A stretch of 64,000 nt of DNA. Source: Ostrea edulis. Taxonomy: Eukaryota. The notes under the pieces were generated by a model, which worked only from the letters and a program-made list of their open reading frames with translations, did not search any database and was not told where the DNA came from. The stretch is from positions 2,604,001 to 2,668,000 of the forward strand of contig NC_079169.1 in the NCBI RefSeq assembly GCF_947568905.1, written 5' to 3'. A program made the translations under genes and the position numbers. Of this stretch, positions 1 to 12,059 are shown piece after piece (position 1 is the first letter of the stretch; the number at the start of each line of letters is the position of its first letter).

Positions 1-182
1 GTGTTACAGATGAACTACGGTATCTCGAACACTGATATCTCGAATACCATGGATATGTTGAAGTGATTCAGAAGTCTCAACCACTTATTCTTTAAGTATT
101 TTACCCATGATATCTCGAATTCTCAGATGTCTTTTTTTTTCTCTCAGTTCCATCAAGTTTGTGATAACAAGGTTTGACTGTA
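1..182. mobile_element. Right end of a non-autonomous TA-flanked DNA transposon (MITE), truncated by window edge
   Basis: Ends in GGTTTGACTG-TA (reverse complement TACAGTCAAACC) with repeated internal ATATCTCGAA motifs; typical Tc1/mariner-like MITE terminus. Left end not visible. Confidence 0.55.
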
Positions 183-3100
183 TTTTAATTTAATTTAAGG
201 TACAATGGCCTCTCTGATAAGAAAGACAACTCTAAATTATAAATGATCTGATGCTATATAATGCATTTACAAAATGGTTACAATCTATGAGCAAATGAAT
301 CTAATTTTGATTAGACTGAAAATATCCATGCTAATGACCCACTCCTGGGTAAGCATATGTGTTGAAGAATCTGTAAGAAAGACTTGCATTAGGGCGCTGA
401 AAGGGTGTATTGTAAACGAGTGTTTAATGAATCTGGTTTGAATGATTTCGAAGTTTGACTGTACTAATAGACTAAAAGTTTTCAACATTATATTTATAGT
501 CTAGCTCAACCACGTTTGGAAATTAACATGAAAAGAAAATTGCATTTTAATGTGGAGAGAAAATGATGTACATTAATAGTTATACAGGTACAAAAACCCA
601 TTTTTATGGAAAAAAAACATTGATCATCATTAAGGTGTAGAGGTGATTGTGTATTTACTAGGTGAGTTTGACAAACGTAGAACAATGTAGAAATGTCAGT
701 ATAAACATTCAATTTTAAAATTGGATTTTATGAATAGACTAGAATTTTTGTTCCTTCAATCATCAGAGAACCACAATAGTAATTGTTCATAGAAAAATGA
801 ATTATTAGTACAATACATGGTTTTAATTGCTTACAGAAAACAAATATGCATTGTTACATAGTAGAATATACTGAATTCATATATTTTTAGATGATGTCTC
901 CAAAAACTAATTTTTTTGTAAAAAAAACAAATAAACATTTTTCCCTCATACATAAACACCACCAAGAAGTTGTCAACTAAAATAATTGTAAAATGTAGTG
1001 AAAGGGGAGAAAAACCCCACAAGACTTCATTCTTCCAATTCAGACTATCATATTATATCATAGTCTCCAATACATAGACCTCAATTCATAGCATATATTT
1101 TGTCCAATTAACATCCTGAGAGAGTGTTGTCTGGAGAGCGTTCTACTTCAATACATGGAGGTGACAGTTGACACAGCTACAAGCACTACCTGAAATACAA
1201 TATTCAGATCATATTAGCTATATTTCAACAAAGCTTGAAATTGCTGACTCTGATTGAATCAACTGGGACAAAATGGAATTAATGAAACACAATCAGCACT
1301 AAAAAAAACCATCATTGGATATCCCCATTTATCCCCCCAATTTAAAACTTCATTGACTGTCTTCAGATTACCATCAGCATAGTTCAAAGTGATCGTAAAG
1401 GTCATTTCAGCTTACATTATATGTTATATAGCAGAAGTCCAGGGTGAGTGAACTTGACTGAGATACTGGAGGGATGAGATTTAACAGCTGATGAATACCC
1501 AGCTTTGTATTAATGGGTATATACACAGAATAGCTAGGTGTCAGATGGGACACAAGTACAGAACGAAGTATTGGAAGATGGCCCATCCGACAATTGTATA
1601 ACGGCAGTTTGACACAGCGCTGCACTTAATCTGACACTATACTACTGTGACATAGAAGGTGTAACTAGTTCCTAAGGAAGTTCCCTTTAAAGTCATGAAT
1701 GTGTGTGTGATATATCTCGCTGTTGTTACAACTACTGAAGTACACACATGGCTATATTATGTCAGGAACTCCCTATCATCCGAGCGTACAGTGTCTCTCA
1801 TGTCTACAGCATGCGTTTATAATCTCCCTTCTGAATTTGCACTTGTATTTAAATAGACAAAGGTCGTGATTATGACAAATATTTAGCCTTCTACTTGTGT
1901 CTTTGTGTGGGTCTTGGACTAACGAGTCTTTTTAACCACGGCCACCAGTTCTAGGCCGACGTTTTCTGTTGACAAGTCTTTCTATGTAGCTATTGTTAAT
2001 CTGCAGGATTAGAATGACTGTATTGCCTTAAAAATCATACCCAAGTCACACAAGCTACTAATTATGTTCAAAAGCATGCAAGAAGCATAGGAATTTAATG
2101 TATGGTGCAATTGTTTTCTTCAATTTTCTTTCTGACCATCAAGATCAATTTACAAGGTTGTTTCACTTAGAAGCAGTGGGCAGTCATTAAAACGATGGTC
2201 AGATATTCAAAAATGTTTTCTAAGCGAAATATTGTTTTCAGAAAAATTGCAGTATGCACAAATTACTTGTGGCTTAGTACGAAGATATTCAGATACATGT
2301 ATTTCCAAAAACTTTCAAAATACCTATGTAGACAAACACATTAATTATTTTACAGAATTACACAGGATCTATTTAATCCTATAGATATGCCTTACAATTG
2401 AAACAAATTACATAAGAATGTGTAATTCTCGAATCAGATTAAAATCTGTAAGATAAAGAAATGGGAATTAAGACATACATCATGAAAGTTCTTGTGTAAT
2501 TCTCAAAATCAGATAAAAAATCAAATCTGTAAGATAAAGAGATGGAATTAAGACGTACATCATGAAAGTTTTTGTAGATCAATAAAACTGAGAGTACATA
2601 AGAAAGCCTGGAGGCTCGGTGACAACCTGTCTAAGGGGAACAAAAGTAGGAGTCGAAAAACTGAATTAAATTTCCAAAAGCAAGTGCTCCCTTATGGACT
2701 TGGATCATTAATCCCGAGTTTGAGTTTCACTGATGAAATGATTAATGTACAAACAAAAAAATGAGGTGAAACTGCTCTACAAATACTACAGGAATCCTTC
2801 ATTTGGAGATAGGATCACAACCTGCTATGAAGAATTTAATACCTCAAGTCTATGTAAATGTTATTCTGAATTCTCGAGTAAACAGATAAGTCATAGTATT
2901 GAAGTTTTAAGAAAGTACCACAAAAACTATGAATTAAAGTACATAATGCATTTCATTAGGATTTTCCATTAAAGACATGTATAATCCAAGTAATATGGTT
3001 TTTTAAAAAAAGCCCACAACCTCCCTGTAACAAATCTTTGAAGGTCTTTCTATTTTTCTTTTTTATTGCATTTGATTTGGAAGAAACAAGCGATGAATCA

Positions 3101-3416
3101 CCACTGATTGATCATGATGAAGATGAATATACATGTTTGCATCTTATTATCACAACAGCTATTTCACTTCTTTATCCATGACTACTGGTACATGCATTGT
3201 TGCATGCTTTTGAGAAGTTAAAATAATGCATGTATACAATTTGTACAAAGGAGTTTCAAAGGAAACTATTGGGGTTCGTATCTATAAGAGAGCACGAAAA
3301 CATTTTGTCTATCCATTAAGTTAGACAAAGATAGAATGGAGACTATAATCAAAAGTAAATTAAATATGCATGACGTATTTCATAAAATGAAATGTACAAG
3401 GTCCTGCTAATCAGCA

Positions 3417-3717
3417 TAAATAAAGTCAGTCCCGACAATTAACATTCGACAAAGCTTACCAAATAAAGTCAGTCCCGACAATTAACATTCGACCAAGCTT
3501 ACCAAATAAAGTCAGTCCCGACAATTAACATTCGACCAAGCTTACCAAATAAAGTCAGTCCCGACAATTAACATTCGACCAAGCTTACCAAATAAAGTCA
3601 GTCCCGACAATTAACATTCGACAAAGCTTACCAAATAAAGTCAGTCCCGACAATTAACATTCGACAAAGCTTACCAAATAAAGTCAGTCCCGACAATTAA
3701 CATTCGACAAAGCTTAC
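3417..3717. repeat. 43-bp minisatellite x7
   Basis: Unit AAATAAAGTCAGTCCCGACAATTAACATTCGAC(A/C)AAGCTTACC, near-perfect copies, abutting the 3'UTR splice donor of the 1256-aa gene. Confidence 0.97.
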
Positions 3718-3736
3718 CTGCAGTCCGTGTTTTCCC

Positions 3737-6700
3737 TTATTTAGAAAGGTTTGGAACCGAAATGGATGACTTGAATAATCCAACACTATTCTCAGTCACT
3801 GATGGTCGAAAATCCCCAACATGGATTTTAGCCACCATGGAAGCCCTTTGGGGTGATAGTCCTTCCGACACGGAAACATCAGAATTAGAGTCATCTCCCT
3901 TGCCACTGGGATCACTAGCACCATTAGAATGATATTGCTGGTTTGCAGGACTGTCACCATTCATCATATATTGCGCAGATCCTGATTCTGAGTTCGGGTT
4001 GGGTACTACTTGCTTGGTAGGCCCCTGCCATGTGTTGTACACCTCATTTCTTTGTGAATCGTCTGTCGGCACACTATTGCTAGACATTTTAGAATAATCC
4101 ACAAAACCTTTAACATCCATCACAGGATTTGGCCAACTGGATCCATTCAACATAAATCCATATGCAGAAGTCATATTGGTTTGATTCTGTTGGAAGCCAT
4201 GCATCATTCTCATATAGTCATTAAGATCGTAACTCACACCAGGAACACCAGCATTGAACAATGGCCCCCTAAAGGTAGGCTGGCTACCATAATGTTGGCC
4301 AATTCCTCCATGCTGAAGGTTGGGTTGATTCATCACATTGGAGTACTCAAATGCTGCAGGATTGTAGCCCTGTTGAAACCCGGTAGGTGGAGGAAGTGGT
4401 GGGGCCGATAGAAAACCCATCTGTTGCTGCTGTTGTTGCAGCAACTGTTGCTGCATTTGTGCTGCTTGGAGCTCCAGTTGTTGCAGCCTATCCCTGGCCT
4501 CCAATTCCCGCAGTCTTCTGAATTCCAATTCTGTTTCTCTTTCTTTTTGTTTCTCTTCTTCTCTTTGTTTTTCCTTTTCTTGAATTTCTTTTGACACCAT
4601 CTCATTCTTCAGTTCCCTCTCCTTCCGTCTCACAGTGGCATCATATGCAAATTTCTTTTTCTTTGGAACTACCTTAGGAGCAGATCCTTCAAATCTTTCC
4701 CGATCTCTTCCATTCACAGTGTCATATTCTGGCAATAACACAATCTGTCCTTTATTATTAACATAAGCCACACCAGCACGTTTCATTGTGCTGATATCAT
4801 GGTCTTTACTTTCATCTTCATCTTCTTCACTTTCTTCATCATCTCCTCTTCCATTGCTTTCTGATGCTTTATGACTAGAATGGCTTTCACTAACACTTGA
4901 CTCTAAAACAGACTCCTCATCTTCAGAACTGTCCTCTTGTGCTCCTAAATCATCAGGTATCATCATCCTGTTGACAGCTGGTTCTGAATGAGATGACGTA
5001 AGCCTCCAATTTCTTGGAGGGTCCTGAACAACTTCAAAGTCTTCTGATCTCTGCTTCTTCATAATTTTCCCTGAGGCTTTACTTATAGATCCAAAGGCAT
5101 TTCTAACACTCTTGTGTACAGATTTCTTAAATTTCTTAATGCTGTCAAATTTCCTTCTTTCATCAGCAGAGGAATCTGAATTTTTTTTGTATTTCTTTTC
5201 TTTAACTTTGGGGGGCTTGGACTTGGCTTTCAAATCTTTGACTTTCTGTGGAATGATAGATGTTTTGAATCCTTCCATTCCATTTCTTGGAGATGCCATC
5301 GTCTGATCATCAGAAAGATTATCATCTGACAGATCATCTTCTGGCACCCAGTCTTCTGCTCCATATACAGAGTCTCGATAATTTTTACTAGCATCTTCAT
5401 CATCCGAGTCAGGTGCACGTTGCCTAGAATTTCTCACAGCCAACCCACTAGGAGCTGTAGAACTTTTCTTCAGAAACTGTGGTCGAGGGAATTCTGACAA
5501 CTCCTCTTTCACATTGACAGTGTCCTTTTTCTCAGTTTCTTTAGATTTATGAAATTCTTTCTTACTATCTTCTGCACGTTTGACCGTAACAAAGTCAGAC
5601 TTAAACACCAAATTTTCCTCTTGTTCGCGTTCTTTCTCTCTCTGTTCTGCCAAATGAGAATCGATTGTCTTCCCGTCCTTACACCTTGCCTCTCTCTCCG
5701 CTGCAGCTTTTTGGAGTTGTTCTCGAAAGACTTGTGAAGGATCTTTTGGTTTCTCCTTCACAGGGGTTGTGTGCTTGACCATTTTTGTTGCTTTAGCCTG
5801 AGCAGCAATTTTAATGTCATGTTGCAACAAGGAGCTCAACCTTCTTGTTGCTTGGACTGTGTTGCTGTCATTGGATGACACACCACTGGTTGTGGAAGTT
5901 TCTGATGGCTGTCTTTGTAGTCCCTCTCCTGGCTTCTGTGTTTCAGGATTTGTAGTTGAACTTTCAATAACTCCTGAATCAACAGAATTCTGTCTCAGAA
6001 GTGGAGGGGGTCTGGGCGAATATTTATCCTGAGTTTCACGAGGGGTGAGAGAAGCACTTCGGAAAACAAGATTAGGCTCATCCTCAGCTATTGAAATGTC
6101 TGTGAAGTTAAGGTTCTCCACTTCTTCAGAAGTCTCTTCATTAGTAGGATCCTCCACATTTGAAGCTTTCTTATCCATTTCAGCCTGCTCTGATTCCTGT
6201 CTCCTTATTGAAATGCGTTCTGCTTTCTTTTGAATTTCTAATAAAAACGGATTTGACTGATTTGCCTTTGCAGAAGGTGGAAGAACCGGAGGGGATTTGT
6301 ATAGCGAGGTAGAGCGAGGAGTTGTAGGTGCACTCTGTGCTGTAGTTTGTATTGCACTTGGTGGATATTGATTATTTGTTGTAGATGGACCACTTGTACC
6401 TGATTTTTTCAAAATAGACTTTGTTATTGGAGGTGGAGGAGGTGCAGCTGGTGTGCGTAAACTCGTGGAGCGTTTCACGAGTGCATTGTCCAAAGTGTCC
6501 ATATCATAATCCACTGGGGGTTCCTCAAAAGAATGGGATTTTCTCTGTGGAGGTTGAACTGGTCTTGGAGGAGGTGGGGCAGATGGTTTTTGTGTTGTTG
6601 AGGATGGTAGTTGTGGTGGAGGATGGTTCGGTGGTGGTGGAGCTCTCTTTTTCTTTTTCATACCAGAATCTAAACTGATAGCACTTTTGATACTTCGGAC

Positions 6701-7507
6701 AGAGGGATTTCTAGAAAATGACCCCTCATCAGTGTTGTCAGCCAAGTCAAAACTCAAGTCCTCCAGTTTTTTACCAGTTCGTTTTTCAATGTCCATTAAA
6801 GTTTTGCTCCTGCGAGCTTCAGCAAGTTGGGCATAGGTCATATTGTAGGACTGGTCCAAGTCAAATGAATTTTTCACAGGTATAGACACTTGTGAAGTGT
6901 AACTTGTGTCCATTGAAATGGGATCAATCTTCCCTCGCATTTCAAGAGATTCCTCATTTGGGTCCTCTGGAATTGTTTCACGGATGTACAGACTAGATGT
7001 GGCTGACATTTGTCTGCGATGTCCCCTCACTTTTCCTGATGCAGATTGCGTGAGTATTCCATTCTCAACAGAACCACCATTGACACGAGCAGATGAACTG
7101 GGCAAGCCATTTGCCAACACAGAGCTTTGCAAACCTGGGTAAGAACTTGACAAAATAGTACTGTTAAAATTTCCATTTGGAATCTCCTCATGTGGCAAAT
7201 CTCCATTTGAAATATCACCCTTTGAGGGCACATTTTCAGAATTCTGGTCATTTTCATTGGAGTTAGGACTAGAAAATATATCCTTGAAGTCTGGATGATA
7301 CTGAGAAAGTTCCTGTGAAACGGGTCTTAGTTGTACATCCTTAATCCCTGTCAGAACAGAGGGCAGCACACAGTTGGCGGGATTGTAGTAGCTGGGACTC
7401 TTTGGGCCGAGATCACTGACTAGGCGGGATGTTGGAAGTTCAGCTGGTCTAGGAGGAGGGCCCTTTATCTCCTCCCGAGGAGTTCTAGCAGACTGGTTCT
7501 GACCCAT
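3737..7507 (-). CDS. Uncharacterised 1256-aa intrinsically disordered proline/serine/charge-rich protein, whole CDS in one exon
   Basis: 3771-bp uninterrupted ORF in AT-rich DNA; ATG in strong context (GCCATGG); acceptor TTTTATTTTCAG ending at 7523 just upstream; donor CAG|GTAAGC 19 nt after the stop (3718/3717). Starts MGQNQS (MGxxxS), has KKKKRAPPPP and polyproline tracts, helical charged blocks and a Q-rich C-terminal region. No family recognised. Confidence 0.9.
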   Translation of the reverse strand: MGQNQSARTPREEIKGPPPRPAELPTSRLVSDLGPKSPSYYNPANCVLPSVLTGIKDVQLRPVSQELSQYHPDFKDIFSSPNSNENDQNSENVPSKGDISNGDLPHEEIPNGNFNSTILSSSYPGLQSSVLANGLPSSSARVNGGSVENGILTQSASGKVRGHRRQMSATSSLYIRETIPEDPNEESLEMRGKIDPISMDTSYTSQVSIPVKNSFDLDQSYNMTYAQLAEARRSKTLMDIEKRTGKKLEDLSFDLADNTDEGSFSRNPSVRSIKSAISLDSGMKKKKRAPPPPNHPPPQLPSSTTQKPSAPPPPRPVQPPQRKSHSFEEPPVDYDMDTLDNALVKRSTSLRTPAAPPPPPITKSILKKSGTSGPSTTNNQYPPSAIQTTAQSAPTTPRSTSLYKSPPVLPPSAKANQSNPFLLEIQKKAERISIRRQESEQAEMDKKASNVEDPTNEETSEEVENLNFTDISIAEDEPNLVFRSASLTPRETQDKYSPRPPPLLRQNSVDSGVIESSTTNPETQKPGEGLQRQPSETSTTSGVSSNDSNTVQATRRLSSLLQHDIKIAAQAKATKMVKHTTPVKEKPKDPSQVFREQLQKAAAEREARCKDGKTIDSHLAEQREKEREQEENLVFKSDFVTVKRAEDSKKEFHKSKETEKKDTVNVKEELSEFPRPQFLKKSSTAPSGLAVRNSRQRAPDSDDEDASKNYRDSVYGAEDWVPEDDLSDDNLSDDQTMASPRNGMEGFKTSIIPQKVKDLKAKSKPPKVKEKKYKKNSDSSADERRKFDSIKKFKKSVHKSVRNAFGSISKASGKIMKKQRSEDFEVVQDPPRNWRLTSSHSEPAVNRMMIPDDLGAQEDSSEDEESVLESSVSESHSSHKASESNGRGDDEESEEDEDESKDHDISTMKRAGVAYVNNKGQIVLLPEYDTVNGRDRERFEGSAPKVVPKKKKFAYDATVRRKERELKNEMVSKEIQEKEKQREEEKQKERETELEFRRLRELEARDRLQQLELQAAQMQQQLLQQQQQQMGFLSAPPLPPPTGFQQGYNPAAFEYSNVMNQPNLQHGGIGQHYGSQPTFRGPLFNAGVPGVSYDLNDYMRMMHGFQQNQTNMTSAYGFMLNGSSWPNPVMDVKGFVDYSKMSSNSVPTDDSQRNEVYNTWQGPTKQVVPNPNSESGSAQYMMNGDSPANQQYHSNGASDPSGKGDDSNSDVSVSEGLSPQRASMVAKIHVGDFRPSVTENSVGLFKSSISVPNLSK

Positions 7508-10500
7508 GGCTAAAGATCAATCCTGAAAATAAAAGAATTCATTTCAGATTTTTGAAAGTATTTAGCATTGCTACAGCCAAATAAAACACATCTCTCTCAG
7601 TTGTGTTTTTTTAATTCACCATTGAAGATATCAAATTCATATACAAAAACATATTTGATTAACATGCAAACATTTACATATCAATACAATCAATAATCTG
7701 ACTGGTTTAGGAAATATTATCTTGTGGTTTGATGCTTGATCAATTTTGTACATTTACAAATTCATCATATTTTTAAACAAAAACATGAAAAATAGAGAGA
7801 AAGAAGGCCAGATTCCATTCAGTTTTTGATTGTGCACAAATACAATATTACCCTTTGCTAAGAGAAGCATTTGTCCTTTATCATTATATTTACTGGACAG
7901 CACAACTAAAACTATCACATATGTAATTTAAATTTTTTTGAAAAAAAAATACAGTATGGCATCTGTAAATTATAATCATAATTATGCAATATCACATAAG
8001 ATTTAAAAAATTTGCTGTACACAGGTGCTAAAATGTCTATAAAGAATCATAACTTCTCTGTACTTTTTAAAATCCACACACCTGTGTGGGATGTCTCGGG
8101 TTATTCCAAAACACGTCTACATTAAGGATACAAAACAGTACAAATTGGTTCCTGAATCCTTATAGCCATTATCCAATAAAATGAAACATCCATACAGAGG
8201 CACTGGGGCGATGTAAAAAGCCACCGAACCTCCAAAATATTTTTACACATGATTCATATGCTACATCATTTCAGGGTACAATCATACACCCACAGCTGTT
8301 TCATCGTATTGTCAACACTGGACAATGCCTTCCTACTAAAAATCATTCACAACTCATCCACACTCGAATCCCACAGCTTAGCAGAGTCCAAACAATACAC
8401 AGGATCCTACCTACACAAATCCATATGTTTGACCAAATGTTTAAGATTTCACTGGCCAGATATAAGTAGGATATACCTCTTACACTTTTTGGTCAGGTTG
8501 CCCAGAGCTTCAGGTGAAAATGACAGAGGGCAGGTGAAAATGATAGGTTAAACAGTTATACTCCATACATAACCCACATGAGTGACTGTTCACTTCAGCC
8601 AGAGGCCTGTCCTAAGCAAATGGGTATTCAAGTGTAAGGATTGTAATAAAGGTATCAGATTTATTTTCATAAAAAAAAAACCCAACACATTCTTGACTAC
8701 ATTATACCTACTTATATTAAAAATCACAAAAACAAAAAAAAAAAGGAAAAAGATAAACTTACCAATTTTGTTTGAAAATTTAATATCATTCCTTGTACTC
8801 CTCACAATGCCGACTTGTTTCTGCTACATTTCATTTTGTTACTCGAAACCCAGTTTTCTATTTCACTACCATCCCATCCCTGTCTACACACAGAGTAATG
8901 AGCAATGAGAATTTTCCTGTCTGATATTTATCTACCTTTAAATTACAATAGCCCTCTTAAAAGACAAAGTCACTGAAGCATTGAGGATGGTTTGAGTTCC
9001 TTATAATAATATAAATGACACAGTTTTGTAAGGGTTAAATACAGTAGTATATTAATGAGGTCAAAGATATGCTTCACTTACTAATGAAATAAATCAGGCC
9101 ATGACCCTTTTATATATATTAAAAAAAACCACTATTTGACAACAACCCTTGAAGTAACATTGGAAAGAATGGTGAAATAAGATTGTTTGTATCATAAATT
9201 ACATTCACGGTTTTCATAGACCACTCTCAATGGTAAAACTTACAAAAAATTGAAATTAAAAAAAATCTTTATTAAGTTCTTTGGTAGGGTGGTCCTGTCA
9301 TTTTGATTTTTCTTGAATGTCAATCAGATCTCAAGTTTGTGTACAGTTTAGCAAATGAAGGGTTTGACATGCACATAATTTAAAATATACACTGACAATT
9401 ATTTTTTTAATTTGACAAACTTATACTACTTCAATTTTTTTCATAAATAAATATTTTCAAACAAAAACCAAATTCTATTTTTCATAACTTCAAGCATCAT
9501 TCTACTTTTTTCTTTAATATTCATAAAATATTATCTCAGATATCACTGAAACACTGTAATTATACATGCTGATTAAACTTAAAATGTGCCTTTTAATTTC
9601 ACGGAATCGATCACCATGAAGGGCTGCTGTAAGTAGGTGACCTACTTCCTATGAGAGGACTGATCAAAATACTATACACACACATTACTACAGCAAATAT
9701 CTACTTCTTTTAAATTTTTTGAAATCCTCATTTATTAGCACTTTCAAATCAATTCTGCTGATCAAACACAGTCACTTCAGGTGAGGGTTGAATCTACAAC
9801 AAGCTAAGCATTCTATACAAATTTACACTTCAATACCAATTTACTGAAGTTTTTCAGAATATCTAACTATTTGTTGAAGTTGGTGAGAAGAGATCAAACA
9901 TCACTCGATTATCGTATTGTTGACACAAGTTAAGTTTCTTCAGACGAGTGAGAATAATATTTAACTACCGATAGTCTTTGGAAATTCAGAACTACAGAAT
10001 TCACTATCTCCCTATTGAAATACAAGACAGTACAATGTACTAGATATTTAAGGTGAATGATAGACAACAAACCATAACGAGTGTGTATTCTGTATGTAAA
10101 TGTAATCAAATGAGAAGTATACACACACGAAGACATCATTATGCAAGGAGATTTTCTGAAAGAGAAAATCTATATTACAAAAATGTATTAGCTAATTAAT
10201 CTCTAAAAAATCTGAACATGACATCAAATGAATTCAAAAAAGGAAGAACAATTTATTTTGATTTTGCAATTAATTATTAACTCACACTCTACTCATCAGA
10301 AACCCTAAAATGTGTTAATAGTCAGATTTATGAATGAACTAATAATTAAGAGCACCGAATCAATCTGTCAAATGGGTAACGATATCCAAAACGCTCTAAA
10401 TCAATCAGGGCATGTGATGAGAAATTATTAACAACAAAATATTAAACATACCAATATTTTGATGCTATTGCTGCACTAATCCTGGGCATTATCTTAATTG

Positions 10501-10876
10501 ATCATTAAGTACATGCTGTTGCATGGTTTTAATTATAGATTGATGCTCATTTATACATTTTGTAATGCATTGATAACACGATCGAAATCTGTGACCCAAA
10601 CTGATTAAATTTGTGCAGCAATATAATAAGAGAATATTGATTAAGAATAATTATGGTTATTTACAACAAGAGTGATATAGACAAGAGAGAATGTATATAC
10701 ATACATATACATGTGTTTCTATATCTATATGCACAGTTCAATTAATGTTTAACACATTATTTTTATCCAATACTTTTCTATAATGGCTAATTCAAACTAA
10801 ATTCCTTCTTTCTCAAATACAATGTATATAGTCATAGTTAAACCAACACAATTAAGCTCTCATTTTGGTGTCAAAA

Positions 10877-12059
10877 TCTTTTTGACCATATGGTAAAACC
10901 CATCACCTTGTATGGCTGTGAGAGATGGGGAACACTTTCAGCACGCATGCTGGAAAAAGACAGAGATTTATATGATATCTTTAAAAATTGGGAGGTAGAA
11001 AACCTGAATATTAAGTTTTGTAAACATCTACTGGGTCCCGGTAAAAGAAGTACTAATATTGCAATGATCTCTGAATTGGGTAGGTATCCTATGTTCTGCT
11101 CTATAATCCAAAGTATTTTACTATATTGGCATAGACTTGAGAATTACCCTGTTATACAGTGCTTATACAGAGAATATCAATCTGAATTCATATAATATAA
11201 ATTGTTGGTACAAAAACATTAATTATTTTAAGGAAAAAATGGGTATTTTGGTACACAGTTGTAAAAATATCAAATTCTCATTTTTCAAAAAACAATTGAA
11301 GAATCAGGTACGGAAACAATTTTTACTTTACTGGTCAAAACGACGTGAAGAGGGTCAGAAATCAGGAAAACTCACAACATATTTTTCGTATAAAGAAAAC
11401 TTTACTATGGAAAGTTATATATTTTTAGAATCCCTAGAATTAAGAAAAACTCTATGTATAGATTTCGAATTAGTGCACATGACCTTCGAATTGAAAGAGG
11501 AAGATATGAATTTACAAAAACCAATTCTGGCCAGAAGATTTCTTTAGAAAGAAACAAAAGAATATGTGAATTATGTAACCTTAATTGTGTTGAAGATGAA
11601 TTTCATTTCCTTACTGATTGTCCATTCTATGTTGAAGAGAGAAATATGTTTTTTAATGGTATATACAAGCTCGACAAAATTTTTATCTATCTAACAAATA
11701 AGGACAAATTTACTTGGTTGATGATTAATGAAGACAAACCAGTAATTGTCAAATTGAGTGAATATTTAGTGCAAACTTTCAGAAAAAGAAGTGATGCTTT
11801 AAAACTGCAAAAATCATTATAGTTTATTATTCATATGTTGGTATAATACTGATACTGTCCATTTACTTGTATATACATGATTAGCAATTCATATATGTAT
11901 GTACTTGTTTCCCCAACATGCTGCATCCACATGCAGTTTGCAGTCTATGTAACCTGTAGTTAATGTTGTAAACTTTCTTTCTTTTTTGAATTTCCTTCTT
12001 TATAAACTGTCTTACTGTTATGCCCTCTGGGCCCAAAATTGGAATAAACTTATCTTATC
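10877..12059 (+). mobile_element. 5'-truncated, frameshifted RTEX-type non-LTR retrotransposon (3' part of ORF2)
   Basis: Three overlapping ORF pieces join into VKPITLYGCERWG...KFCKHLLG...ELGRYP...YWHRL...RFRISAHDLRIERGRY...RICELCNLNCVEDEFHFLTDCPFY (post-RT region and CCHC knuckle); AATAAA then CTTATCTTAT tail; identical ~50-bp direct repeats at 10827-10876 and 12060-12109. Confidence 0.85.

Noticed and set aside
285-3000. Short ORFs (63-75 aa) at the window start
   Set aside because: AT-rich low-complexity translations with no motifs; the region is most simply 3'UTR or intergenic.
3718-3800. Alternative frame DYSSHPFRFQTFLNKGKHGLQ that would splice in phase to INNSYIERLVNRKRRPRTGGRG at 2000
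   Set aside because: A TGA closes the frame five codons upstream, no convincing internal acceptor gives entry, and about 25 open codons is expected by chance. Revisit only if transcripts show it.
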